A stretch of 28,382 bases of DNA, taken from NCBI GenBank assembly GCA_005191425.1, contig SUPR01000042.1:1-28382 (forward strand), read 5' to 3'. This document shows, one piece after another, positions 9,747 through 19,776 of this stretch; position 1 is the first letter of the stretch, and each line of letters begins with the position of its first letter. The stretch comes from Candidatus Helarchaeota ASGARD archaeon Hel_GB_B (lineage in GTDB: Archaea; Asgardarchaeota; Lokiarchaeia; Helarchaeales; HEL-GB-B). The position numbers and the translations under genes were made by a program. Below the pieces are notes generated by a model that was given only the letters and a program-made list of their open reading frames with translations, had not been told where the DNA came from and did not search any database.

Positions 9747-11138
9747 TTAGAACATGTAGTTTGTCTTCATTTTTCTATATTTTTTGAAAAATAACATAAC
9801 CCCCATTAGGACTAAACTTGAAATTACCGTATAAAATAAAAGTCCTGGGATTTGTTCAGTTGTAGTAGTCTGAATGGGTGGGATTTTATGAATTATTGTA
9901 TTGTTTTTAATAATATTTGTTACATTTGCATCGGTTGGATATATGGAAGGGTATTTATTGTAAATAAACCAATTAAAGGTGATTGTGTTATTTTGCGCCA
10001 AATTGAGAATCTCAAGTCCATAGCCCAAATTAAAAGAAACATTATTCAGACAAATAGTATTGTTATAACTCCGTTGAATAAAAATTCCATCGTTTGAATT
10101 ATTATTAATAATATTATATCTAATATCAGAAAAATTAACCCATTCAATATATAGCCCGGTAAATGAATTTTTAAAAATAGTATTATTATTGATCGTTATA
10201 TTATCAGAGTGTCCAAGATATATGCCAAAATAATTATTAATGATATTATTTAAAATTATTGTAGTATTATCGGAATTATCAGCGAGTTGGATTCCATTTG
10301 AGGAATTTTCAATGGTACAATTTTGAATCAGAATAAAAGATGAATTTATTAGTGTAATTCCATAAGTATATAAATCTTTTTTTACATTTTCAATACTGTT
10401 ATTCTCGATTTTATTATAATTTGAATTTTGTAAATCAATTCCATCTCCATGGATATCATTTATTAGATTATTCGTGATGTTATTATGCCCTGAATTTACT
10501 ACTAATATACCAAATCCAGGAAAGGGCCCTAATGCACAATGACCAATTTTATTTTTATCAATTTTATTCCAGTTGCTATTATTCCATAACCGAATGGCGT
10601 CATAATTAGTATTAAAAATCGAATTATTATAAATTAAATTGAAAGACGAATTATAGAGTTCGATTCCATAAGATTTCTCATTCATCATTATATTGTCTGT
10701 AATATTAATATACGACGAGTTCGTTAAGTGGACAGGGATATGTGTTGATATTGAGAAGTTATTTCGTTCAATAACTCCATTTGATACATTATTCAACCAT
10801 ATTCCATAATATCCTTGAATTGTAGTGCAATTTCTTATTATAAAGAACGCATTTGTATTATTTATATTAATGGAAAATGTCTTACTGGGTCCAGGTAGAT
10901 TTGCTTCTATTATAAGATTTTCGATAACATAAGGATCAGTACTTAAGCCATTACCGCTTGATGCATATTTTGTAAAATCAGTATTGCTTGTTATATTTAT
11001 TGATTTAGTCGTAGAAATAGTTATTATGGAGGGTATTGATTCATAATTCGTTTTTACATTTTTTATATATATAAAACCTATAAATGATACTAGAAAAAGT
11101 AAATTGATAAAGATTATTTTTAGAATATTTCTATTCAT
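9747..11138 (-). CDS. Secreted right-handed parallel beta-helix (NosD/CASH-like) surface protein with C-terminal sorting tail
   Basis: N-terminal signal, GNGLSTDPYVIENL, many GIxLxNSxxNxIxxNxI repeats, and a TTTTEQ-IPGL-TM-KKYRK tail. Confidence 0.85.
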   Translation of the reverse strand: MNRNILKIIFINLLFLVSFIGFIYIKNVKTNYESIPSIITISTTKSINITSNTDFTKYASSGNGLSTDPYVIENLIIEANLPGPSKTFSININNTNAFFIIRNCTTIQGYYGIWLNNVSNGVIERNNFSISTHIPVHLTNSSYINITDNIMMNEKSYGIELYNSSFNLIYNNSIFNTNYDAIRLWNNSNWNKIDKNKIGHCALGPFPGFGILVVNSGHNNITNNLINDIHGDGIDLQNSNYNKIENNSIENVKKDLYTYGITLINSSFILIQNCTIENSSNGIQLADNSDNTTIILNNIINNYFGIYLGHSDNITINNNTIFKNSFTGLYIEWVNFSDIRYNIINNNSNDGIFIQRSYNNTICLNNVSFNLGYGLEILNLAQNNTITFNWFIYNKYPSIYPTDANVTNIIKNNTIIHKIPPIQTTTTEQIPGLLFYTVISSLVLMGVMLFFKKYRKMKTNYMF

Positions 11139-11315
11139 TTTAATCGCCCATAATTTTATTTTTGATTCTTAATTTAAATTAATTATTTTTATTTACAACA
11201 TGCAAATTATTTATTTTTTGTGGATCGGAATTATATTTTAAGTTGATTGTATCGAAATGTGTAAAAATAACTAAAAAATAAAAGTTTTTAACTCCATTAT
11301 ACTTTTTAATTTTAT

Positions 11316-12956
11316 ATGAAAATTGGAGATATTTTAAGACATTTTTCTATTAGAGAACCAGATAAATTAGCTCTTATTACAGAAGATAGGCGATTTACTG
11401 CTAAAAAATTAAATTATTGTGCAAATAGCTTGGCACATTATTTATTAAAAATAGATACTAAGCAAGGTGATAGGATAGCAATTTTACATAGAAATGGCTA
11501 TCAAATAGTAATTTCTTATTTCGGAATTGTTAAAACAGGAGCAATTGCAGTTCCTCTTAATTATCAACTATCCCAAAAAGAGCTAGAATATTGCTTAAAT
11601 GATTGTAGCCCGCTCGTATTAATTTATGATGATGTTGAATATGGAAATTATATAAATGCATTTAAGAAAAATTGTCCTTCTATTAAGTATTACGTTAATA
11701 ATTCAGAATTTGATAAAATAATCATTGAATATCCTATTGAAGAACCTAAATTTGATAAAAATGGGAATAAAATCAAGTTAAATAAAAATGATACTGCTTT
11801 TATTTTATATACTGGTGGCACTACTGGCTTCCCAAAAGGTGTAATGTTATCTCATAATAATTTGGTGACTACGATGTTAGCGACAGCTTCAAAAATGTTG
11901 CAGGACCTGAACCAAACACCTAAAGAGAGGAAGTCTGAAGGTTTTTTTGCTTCTTTTGAAGAGAAGTCAGGCGTATTCTGTACTGATATGCCTATTTTTC
12001 ATGCAGGAGCTACATATGGTCTGTTCGTTGCTTTTTATTCTGATTATACTTTTGTAACTCATAAAAAATTTGATCCAATAAAGATGTTTAAAACAATTGA
12101 AAAAGAGAAAGTTACACTATTACAATTAGTGCCCACTATGATTATTCGATTAATGGACAAATTTAAGGAGGGACAAAAATATGATCTTAGTAGTTTAAAT
12201 ACCATATTATATGGAGCTGCCCCAATTCACTCTAAAACCCTTAAAAATGCTATAGAACTTTTTAAAAAAATTAACCCAAAAATCCATTGGACCCAAACTT
12301 TTGGTGCAACCGAAACAGCAGTTCCAGTTACTACCTTAAGCTGGGAAGACCACTATGCAATCGAAGAAAAAGACCGTAATGACCTTTTAAGATCTGCCGG
12401 TAAGCCAATTCAAGGAGTTGAAATCAAAATTTTGGACTTTAATGGAAATGAATTACCACCAGGTCAAATCGGTGAAATTTGGGTAAAAGGTAATGGAATT
12501 ATGAAAGGATACTGGAATAACGAAGAAAAAACTAGAGAAGTAATGAAAAATGGCTGGTATAATATGGGTGATATGGGCTATCTAAATGATGAAGGTTATT
12601 TGTTCATTATGGACCGCTCCAAAGATATGATTGTTTCTGGCGGAGAAAATATTTACTCAAAAGAAGTTGAGAACGCCATTATTCAACACCCGGGCGTTAA
12701 AATTTGTGCTGTAATTGGTATTCCAGACGAAAATTGGGGCGAAGTGGTTTGTGCTATCATAGTCCCTGAAAAAGAATATGAAGGACGACTTACTGAAAAT
12801 GAAATTATCAACCATTGCGAAAAATTAATTGCTAAATATAAGAAACCCAAAAAAGTTATCTTTAGAAACTCAATCCCTGTCTCACCTCAAGGTAAAATTC
12901 TAAAAAAGAAATTAAAAGAAGAATTCTGGAAAGGTAAAGACCGTAGAATAGTCTAA
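11316..12956 (+). CDS. Long-chain fatty-acid--CoA ligase (AMP-binding family)
   Basis: LYTGGTTGFPKGVMLSH, FGATE, GEIWVKG...MKGYWNN, WYNMGDMGYLNDEGYLFIMDRSKDMIVSGGENIYSKEVE, PQGKILK. Confidence 0.93.
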   Translation: MKIGDILRHFSIREPDKLALITEDRRFTAKKLNYCANSLAHYLLKIDTKQGDRIAILHRNGYQIVISYFGIVKTGAIAVPLNYQLSQKELEYCLNDCSPLVLIYDDVEYGNYINAFKKNCPSIKYYVNNSEFDKIIIEYPIEEPKFDKNGNKIKLNKNDTAFILYTGGTTGFPKGVMLSHNNLVTTMLATASKMLQDLNQTPKERKSEGFFASFEEKSGVFCTDMPIFHAGATYGLFVAFYSDYTFVTHKKFDPIKMFKTIEKEKVTLLQLVPTMIIRLMDKFKEGQKYDLSSLNTILYGAAPIHSKTLKNAIELFKKINPKIHWTQTFGATETAVPVTTLSWEDHYAIEEKDRNDLLRSAGKPIQGVEIKILDFNGNELPPGQIGEIWVKGNGIMKGYWNNEEKTREVMKNGWYNMGDMGYLNDEGYLFIMDRSKDMIVSGGENIYSKEVENAIIQHPGVKICAVIGIPDENWGEVVCAIIVPEKEYEGRLTENEIINHCEKLIAKYKKPKKVIFRNSIPVSPQGKILKKKLKEEFWKGKDRRIV

Positions 12957-13018
12957 TTTAACTAATACCTTGTAAATTTTCGTATTTATACTATTTTTCA
13001 CTAAGTTTTGGTGATTTT

Positions 13019-13702
13019 ATGCAATTTGAATTTGATGACGCAATTAAAAAGAGGTTTAATAATTTAGGCGTTGGAATGGTGAAGTTAACTGTCGCCTCTA
13101 ATATCCCAAAATTACCCATTGATGACTTAAAAGATGCCGTTTATAATGAAGTTAGATCAAAATATAACTTGATTAATTTGAAAAATAATCTTAATTTTAG
13201 GTTAAACCGCGATTTTTTCTGGAGTATTGGAATTGACCCAACGAAAAAACGCCCTGCTTCAGAGGCATTAATCCGAAGGATACTTAGAGGTAAAGAAATC
13301 CCTCATATTAATATTTTTGTTGACCTTTACAATTTAATTTCAATTAAACATGAAATTGCAATCGCGGGATTTGATTATGATAAAGTTTCTGGTAAAATTA
13401 CTATGCAATTCGCCACTCCAAATCAAAAATTCCTCGGCATCGGAATGAAAACGCCAAAATTATTGTCCGGCAATGAAATTATCCTTACTGATGAAACTAA
13501 TAGGATTATTGCAATTTATCCATATAGAGATGCAGATTATTCAAAATTAAGTAATTCAACAAAAAATCTTCTTCTACTAACTTGTGGAGTTCCCGGACTT
13601 TTAACTGATAAATTGATCGAATCCACCGTTGACCTTTATAACACATTTAAAAAATATTTAAACGCAAAAGGTAATTATACTATTTTCCAAATAAATGAAT
13701 AA
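13019..13702 (+). CDS. Stand-alone B3/4 domain protein (PheRS-beta editing-domain-like)
   Basis: GIDPTKKRPASEALIRRILRG, INIFVDLYNLISI, FDYDKVSG, YPYRDADYSK; GGTGAT at 13010-13015. Confidence 0.88.
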   Translation: MQFEFDDAIKKRFNNLGVGMVKLTVASNIPKLPIDDLKDAVYNEVRSKYNLINLKNNLNFRLNRDFFWSIGIDPTKKRPASEALIRRILRGKEIPHINIFVDLYNLISIKHEIAIAGFDYDKVSGKITMQFATPNQKFLGIGMKTPKLLSGNEIILTDETNRIIAIYPYRDADYSKLSNSTKNLLLLTCGVPGLLTDKLIESTVDLYNTFKKYLNAKGNYTIFQINE

Positions 13703-13778
13703 TTCAAAGGTTATTTAGGGAAAAATATATAATATCTAGCGTGGGATATAGAAAGTAACGAAAGAAGAGGTTAAACTT

Positions 13779-15617
13779 TTGAGTAAAAAGTTAACTATGG
13801 CACAAAGGGTTTTGAAGAAATTCTTTTATTTATTTTTGATATTTTCAGTTATTTTAGGGAGTATAAACATTATGAGTTTAAGTTTAATTAATCCATTTGA
13901 AAAAAAATATGTAATTTCATTGTATCACTTTAATTCGCAATTTGTGCCAAGTATAAATGATTTTTTAGGGGTTGAAAAAAATATAATAAATGAAAGTATT
14001 CGCGGAATTTTAGATATGTATATGAGGCATCCAAGTTGGAAATTTGATATAGAAATATCGGGAATTTGTTTAAAAGTGATGCACGATAATTATTCGGATG
14101 TTTTTAATAAATTAAAAATATTGGTCGATAGAAATCAATGTGAACTAATTTTATCACCATATAGTGAGCAATTGAGCATAGCTTTTACATATATAGATAT
14201 GATAAAGTCATTTAAATTATCACAAGAACTGGCTAAGTCATATAATATTACGTATAGTAATGTTCTTTTTTTACAAGAGAACCAATTTCACACTGCATTT
14301 CCAATTTTAAAGAAATTAGGGTATGAAATTTTTTGTGTATCAGGAGATACTTTTAGATATTATGATGTTAATAATATTAAACCTGAAATGGACTATAGCT
14401 ATAATAATGAAACAGTAAATTTAATGGTCACCACATTTCCGAGCGAAATTTTTCCTGTAAAAATATATGGTAGTATAGAAATAGTTTTCAGGTGGTATGG
14501 AGATGGAGAGGCATCAAATACAAATTCAGGGATGGGAAATGCGGATCCGAATGAGTTTAAATTAGAACCTGAGAGGATGACAATACATGAAGAACGAGGA
14601 AATATTTTAGAATTCTTGGGTTTTAATTTTATTAAAGTGAGTGATTGGGTTTCAATTGCAAAATCCAATAGTTTGACTTCAGTACTTACAAAAATAGTAC
14701 CGGACTCGACTTGGAATACATTTGCTTCATTTGGAGCATATCAATGGATGGGTTTTAATTATAAAAAAGCAGATAGAAATGAAACAGAGAATGATGGATT
14801 TATTAGGGCTGATAATTATAGGACACGAAATAAAATATTAGTGGCGGAGTCATTGTTTACATATTATAACAATACTTTTAATACGACATTTAGAGAACAA
14901 ATGAAGACCAACTTAAAATTGGCGTGGGAACATCTTATGTTGGCTGAAGTTAGTGATGCGACTGGCTGGGAACCAAGAAAAGAAGAGTGGGAATATTCAA
15001 TTTTCCATGATAATCAAGCAGTAAGAATAGTCAATTCTACAATAAACGCGATTAAAAGAGTTGTTAATATAACAACAGCACAAGTATTTACATTAAATAA
15101 CACAGTTATAAATAATTCAGCCAATTTTGTGAATCTAACAAAAAGCAGTATTAATCTTAGTGCATTACCAATCAATATTAGCGTTGAAGGTAGTAATTAT
15201 ACGGTTCAAGCCTTTAATAATACGTTTAACAATTATTCATTTTATTCAATATTGTTAAATATAAAGCCGTCCATTCTTCATAAAATTCATTTCAATGTGA
15301 GCAATATAAAAAACATTACATATTCGCCCTCCTTATTAGAAAATCAGACGCAAATGTTATTTAGGTCAAATTATTCCAGAAAATTATTTTTACCATTAAC
15401 AAATGGTCTAATATACGTAAATGGAGTTGGAATTATAAGAAATAATTCAAGACATTATGCTTCGATTTGTTGGGATATAAATACTAATGAGATTTATCAA
15501 ATGGAACAATATCAAGAACATAATATTTCTGTTGAGTTTTTCGTTTTGAAAAGTGATATAAATACATGTTTAAATTTGGCAAATATAATAAATACATATC
15601 CAATAAAAGTGATATAG
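13779..15617 (+). CDS. Membrane-anchored/secreted GH57-like (polysaccharide deacetylase/GH57 barrel) protein
   Basis: N-terminal TM, SLYHFNSQF, ELILSPYSEQL, FLQENQF, WYGDGE, HLMLAEVSDATGWEP, and an Asn-rich C-terminal half. Confidence 0.65.
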   Translation: MSKKLTMAQRVLKKFFYLFLIFSVILGSINIMSLSLINPFEKKYVISLYHFNSQFVPSINDFLGVEKNIINESIRGILDMYMRHPSWKFDIEISGICLKVMHDNYSDVFNKLKILVDRNQCELILSPYSEQLSIAFTYIDMIKSFKLSQELAKSYNITYSNVLFLQENQFHTAFPILKKLGYEIFCVSGDTFRYYDVNNIKPEMDYSYNNETVNLMVTTFPSEIFPVKIYGSIEIVFRWYGDGEASNTNSGMGNADPNEFKLEPERMTIHEERGNILEFLGFNFIKVSDWVSIAKSNSLTSVLTKIVPDSTWNTFASFGAYQWMGFNYKKADRNETENDGFIRADNYRTRNKILVAESLFTYYNNTFNTTFREQMKTNLKLAWEHLMLAEVSDATGWEPRKEEWEYSIFHDNQAVRIVNSTINAIKRVVNITTAQVFTLNNTVINNSANFVNLTKSSINLSALPINISVEGSNYTVQAFNNTFNNYSFYSILLNIKPSILHKIHFNVSNIKNITYSPSLLENQTQMLFRSNYSRKLFLPLTNGLIYVNGVGIIRNNSRHYASICWDINTNEIYQMEQYQEHNISVEFFVLKSDINTCLNLANIINTYPIKVI

Positions 15618-16040
15618 TTGATCAAAATGGAAGATAATAAAGGAGTAGATAAAAAAGAAAATAAATACAGACTAAATTATCTTAGAAATTTTATACTAAT
15701 TTTTGGTATTTTTTACATTTTATTAGGGATTTTTTTCTTTTTATTTATTACAACAATAAATGCTTTTGTTCCAGTTGAATATATCACATATTTAAATGAA
15801 TTTGTTGAAAGTTCAAATCCATTTAATTTTGGTATTTTCTTTTTATTTACGGATGTCGGACTAATTTTTATAATGATCGGAGTATTATTTTTAATAGAAT
15901 TTATGTTAATAATTTTTAATATTTCACAATTTAAGTTTCTGGGGATAATAATAAGTATTTTACAAATTTGGCTTTTTCCATTAGGGACATTTGCAGGTTA
16001 TTTAATAATATCTGAATTATTACATGTAAAAAAACAATAA
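15618..16040 (+). CDS. Small integral membrane protein (probable start ATG 15627)
   Basis: Three to four hydrophobic segments ending in FPLGTFAGYLII; AGTGAT at 15608-15613. Confidence 0.7.
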   Translation: MIKMEDNKGVDKKENKYRLNYLRNFILIFGIFYILLGIFFFLFITTINAFVPVEYITYLNEFVESSNPFNFGIFFLFTDVGLIFIMIGVLFLIEFMLIIFNISQFKFLGIIISILQIWLFPLGTFAGYLIISELLHVKKQ

Positions 16041-16200
16041 AAAAATAGTTAGAATAAAGTTTCAAGTGTAAAATATAAAAATTATTATGTAATAAATGTA
16101 ATAAATGCTTTTATTTAATGCTAATTTATAAAATATGATTAATAAGCAAATTTTAAAATGACGAAATTAAAAGTAAATTTTAATTTTAATTTAATTTGGT

Positions 16201-17721
16201 ATGAAGATGAAATTTAAGACAAGAAATATAGACATAACATCACTGGCATTTAAAAATGTAGTACTCCTGAATAAACAAGATTCAGAGATGTTGGAAATCA
16301 AACCTCATGATAGAATATTGATTAAATACGAGAATAAGAAAATTACAGCAATAGTAGACATAACAAGTAGTCTAATTAAGCCAGGATATATTGGATTGTA
16401 TAAAAATATTTATGATATTTTAAAGGTATCTGAAGGGACTGAAGTAGAGGTCGAGTTAACATCAGCTCCAGATTCAATTAAATATATTCAAAATAAAATG
16501 ATTAATCAAACTCCATATACCCGAAATCAATTGGATGCTATTCTAAGAGATATTTATGACAGAGATCTAAGCATAATAGAGATAAGTGTATTTTTAATGG
16601 CACAGGAATATATCCCTTTAAATTCGGAGGAAATAGTTGATTTAACAAAAAGTATGGCAGAATTAGGTCAAATAATAGATTGGGGTGATAAAACAATATA
16701 TACAAAGCATTCAATAGGCGGTGTCCCTGGAAATAAGGTAAGTCTTTTAATAGTCCCAATAATTGCAGCAAGTGGTCTGTTAATCCCGAAAATAAGTACA
16801 AGAGCAATAACATCCCCATCAGGTACTGCAGATACGATGGAAATATTTGCGCCAATTGAATTTAGTGGAAATGAAATAAAAGAAATGACCTTAAGAAGTA
16901 ATGGTGTGATTTGTTGGGGCGGAAAATTAGACTTATCACCAGCAGATTCTATAATAACATCTGTAGAAAGGATGCTAAATTTAGACCCTGAGTCTCAAAT
17001 TATTGCATCAATTTTAAGTAAACAAATTGCACTTGGTGTGAATAAGATGGTATTAGACTTACCCCAAGGTGCCCATACAAAATTAAAAACATTAGATGAA
17101 GCAAGAAAATTTTCACATAAAGTTATTGACATAGCTGATCGAGTGGGAATAGAATTAGAATGTGGAATTACATATGGCGGACAACCAGTTGGTTATAATA
17201 TTGGCCCAGCTTTAGAAGCAAGGGAAGCCTTAGAAACATTAATGGGTCATGGACCAAATAGTTTAATTGAAAAGTCTATTGAGCTAGCAGGAATATTATT
17301 AGAATTAAGCGGTAAGGTAAAAAAAGGAGGATATTATATTGCTGAAGAAATCCTTAGATCAGGGAAAGCTCTCAAGAAATTTAGAGAAATAATAGAAATA
17401 CAAGGTGGAAACCCAAATATTAAGCCAGAGGATATATCAATTGGAGAATATACATACGATTATTTAGCAGAAACTGAAGGATATATTAAAAATATATCAA
17501 ATGGTTTGATAAATAAAATATCTAGGCTTTGTGGAACGCCAAAATATAAAGGAGCAGGCATCAAATTGTTTGTTAAAGAGGGACATAAGATAGCAAAAGG
17601 TAAAAAACTTATGAGAATTTATGCTGAAAAAGAAGAACATTTAACCAATGCATTAAAACTAATTGAAAAAGAAAAACCAATATATATTGAATCAATGCTG
17701 TTGGATAGAATTGGTAGATGA
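16201..17721 (+). CDS. deoA: AMP phosphorylase (archaeal thymidine-phosphorylase family)
   Basis: N-terminal extension typical of AMP phosphorylases, KHSIGGVPGNK, RAITSPSGTADTME, GQPVGYNIGPALEAREAL, KYKGAGI. Confidence 0.93.
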   Translation: MKMKFKTRNIDITSLAFKNVVLLNKQDSEMLEIKPHDRILIKYENKKITAIVDITSSLIKPGYIGLYKNIYDILKVSEGTEVEVELTSAPDSIKYIQNKMINQTPYTRNQLDAILRDIYDRDLSIIEISVFLMAQEYIPLNSEEIVDLTKSMAELGQIIDWGDKTIYTKHSIGGVPGNKVSLLIVPIIAASGLLIPKISTRAITSPSGTADTMEIFAPIEFSGNEIKEMTLRSNGVICWGGKLDLSPADSIITSVERMLNLDPESQIIASILSKQIALGVNKMVLDLPQGAHTKLKTLDEARKFSHKVIDIADRVGIELECGITYGGQPVGYNIGPALEAREALETLMGHGPNSLIEKSIELAGILLELSGKVKKGGYYIAEEILRSGKALKKFREIIEIQGGNPNIKPEDISIGEYTYDYLAETEGYIKNISNGLINKISRLCGTPKYKGAGIKLFVKEGHKIAKGKKLMRIYAEKEEHLTNALKLIEKEKPIYIESMLLDRIGR

Positions 17722-17728
17722 TAATCAA

Positions 17729-18190
17729 ATGTTGTTTGACCCAAAATTAGTTAGAAACGTTCCAGGTTGGAAAAACGCCCCAGTTCCTGCATGTTATGGT
17801 GGGGATTATCGTTCTTTAACTTTTTGTTGTCACCCAGATTATAAATTATCATTTAGTTATAAGTGTAATCGGGATTGGATATTAAAAAAAATAGGACTGA
17901 CTAAAGAAGAATTCATAAAGATAAAAGAGGATTTCTCCGAGGAACAAGGCTGGTATGCTCCGACTGTATGTTTTAGAAGTTTGAGTTATTGTTGCATGAG
18001 AAGAGGGGGCTGTCCAGGAGACCGAGATAATGTTTTAAAAGCATTATATCCAAGAAAAAATTTTGATGATACACTAAAAGAATATTTTAAAAGGAAACGG
18101 ATATTAGCAATCAGACTTTTAAAAGCAGCAAGAAGACAAGACCTTGTAAAGCCATATATAGAATTTGAAGAAAATAATGAGTCGGATTAA
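17729..18190 (+). CDS. Methanogenesis marker 9-like Cys-rich domain protein
   Basis: WKNAPVPACYGGDYRSLTFCC...YKC...IGLTKEEFIKIKEDF...VCFRSLSYCCMRRGGCPGDRD has 8 Cys with two [FY]CC motifs. The start is moved from 17663 to ATG 17729, 7 nt after the deoA stop, to remove a 59-nt overlap. Confidence 0.8.
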   Translation: MLFDPKLVRNVPGWKNAPVPACYGGDYRSLTFCCHPDYKLSFSYKCNRDWILKKIGLTKEEFIKIKEDFSEEQGWYAPTVCFRSLSYCCMRRGGCPGDRDNVLKALYPRKNFDDTLKEYFKRKRILAIRLLKAARRQDLVKPYIEFEENNESD

Positions 18191-18251
18191 TATTTATACC
18201 AAAATATTTTAAATACGAATTAATGTCATTTAATTATCAAGGTGATTAATA

Positions 18252-18779
18252 TTGAGCAAAAATGGAATACGTAATAAGGCAGAGGATAAGATAGACCCAA
18301 AAATGATAAATTTTTATCTCAAAAAAGCGAGGTTCGCTATGCGAGATGAGGATTATAATCAGGCCGTAAAGTATTATAGGTTAGCAGCTAAATGTTCAGC
18401 AAAAGCAGGAGATACTCAAAAAGAGAAAATTTTTAATAATAGAGCAAATGAAATTATTAAAGAATATAAGTTGGAAGTAGAAGTAGAAAAAGAGAAAACA
18501 TTTAAAAAGAAAAAGGTTATACAACGTAAAAAAGAAAAAATTAGAATTACAAGTCAAAATATTTGGGGTTTTATTATAGCCATTATAATTATATTATGTG
18601 GATTAAGTGGTCTTATCTTTGAAATTATCTTTTTACCAAATTCATTAACTCTTAATGATATGTATTTTTATTGGGGTGTAGGGGCTACTATTGAAATTAT
18701 TTCAGTTATCATAATAATTTTTATTTATAAGATTTTGATAAAACCACCAGAAATTGAAGAAGAGAAAAAGAAGAAATAA
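18252..18779 (+). CDS. Hypothetical membrane protein (helical TPR/MIT-like N-terminus, two C-terminal TM helices)
   Basis: KKARFAMRDEDYNQAVKYYRLAAKCS helical motif, a charged linker and two hydrophobic segments; GGTGAT at 18241-18246. Confidence 0.7.
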   Translation: MSKNGIRNKAEDKIDPKMINFYLKKARFAMRDEDYNQAVKYYRLAAKCSAKAGDTQKEKIFNNRANEIIKEYKLEVEVEKEKTFKKKKVIQRKKEKIRITSQNIWGFIIAIIIILCGLSGLIFEIIFLPNSLTLNDMYFYWGVGATIEIISVIIIIFIYKILIKPPEIEEEKKKK

Positions 18780-18801
18780 AGTTAAAATTTTATTTAACAA
18801 T

Positions 18802-19776
18802 TTATTTTTTACCATTTACTTTTCCTTTTTTAGCAGGCTTTTCTTCTTCAGTTGTTTCAGATTCTGTTTCGTCCATAATAATTTTAGGAGCACCTTTTTT
18901 CTTTTCCATAGGTACTATTCCTTTTTTAATTTTTTCATCAGACAGTTTGTAAGTAGTTTTAGATACCATTTTAGAAGGTTCGTCTTCTTCAATTATTGGT
19001 TCAACGATATGATATTCTGAATGATAAACTTTATTTTCAAGTTCATAGATCAGTTCAATCCAAGGAGGTGGGCTAACCGGATCCCAATTTTTTATTGTTT
19101 CGAGGCAATTTTCAGGTGTTCCTAAAATATCAATGAGTTCTTTTGGAAATTCAATCATAGGTGGATATGGAAATGTAGAGAAATCAACGATTACTTGATA
19201 ATGAACTTTCATACTGGCAGATAAATATAATCTTACCCTAGTTATTGTATTATCAAGAAATTCTGCAGGGTATTGTTCCATTAATTCAGCTGCATATTGA
19301 GCAATTAAACCATCTCTTCGATATCTCTCTTCACTAGCTGCAGTAATTTTTGTTTTTTCTTCTACAGTGTGGTCTAATTTTTCAAGTTCAGCATTGGTGG
19401 CTGAAGCTCGAATTATTCTATCAAGTTCATTCTCAAATTCTTGAAGTTCATCAAAATTTACATCATGATTTGAGATATCACCTAACAAACTATGAAATAG
19501 ATTATAAGAGTAAATCAAATATTTTTCTAATTCTTTGACGGAAATATCAAGAGATCCACCTAGAATAAGAATTATGTCAGAAAAATTTGCAAAAATCATT
19601 TTTAAATCTGGTGTTCGCATTATTTTATAAGTTTTGTCCGGTTCTCTCTGAACGAATGGAGAATAATTCCGAAATAAAATTATAAATGGTTGGATGTCTT
19701 CAAATTTGCCCCAAAAATCTTTAAAAAATATTACCTTATTGTTATTCTTTTGTATAATGGAAACTAAATGAATCAC
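18802..19776 (-). CDS. Putative longin-like + E2/UEV/RWD-like two-domain protein with charged tail
   Basis: The N-terminal ~122 aa have a longin-like pattern (MIHLVSII...VIFFKDFW...ILILGGS...ELEKYLIYSYNLF...FENELDRII). Residues ~155-250 contain VIVDFSTFPYPPMIEF...NCLETIKNWDP...WIELIYELE, which resembles the UBC fold. The CDS is confident; the domain call is by eye. Confidence 0.6.
   Translation of the reverse strand: MIHLVSIIQKNNNKVIFFKDFWGKFEDIQPFIILFRNYSPFVQREPDKTYKIMRTPDLKMIFANFSDIILILGGSLDISVKELEKYLIYSYNLFHSLLGDISNHDVNFDELQEFENELDRIIRASATNAELEKLDHTVEEKTKITAASEERYRRDGLIAQYAAELMEQYPAEFLDNTITRVRLYLSASMKVHYQVIVDFSTFPYPPMIEFPKELIDILGTPENCLETIKNWDPVSPPPWIELIYELENKVYHSEYHIVEPIIEEDEPSKMVSKTTYKLSDEKIKKGIVPMEKKKGAPKIIMDETESETTEEEKPAKKGKVNGKK

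Noticed and set aside
15615-15629. GH57-like TAG followed in frame by the next ORF (possible pyrrolysine readthrough)
   Set aside because: An SD-like AGTGAT precedes the downstream start, and there are no pyl genes in the window.
17716-17724. deoA ends TGA-TAA
   Set aside because: Ordinary tandem stop; the family has no terminal Cys and no SECIS-like structure follows.
17663-17728. Upstream start of the marker-9 ORF
   Set aside because: It overlaps deoA by 59 nt; ATG 17729 fits operon spacing and the domain boundary better.
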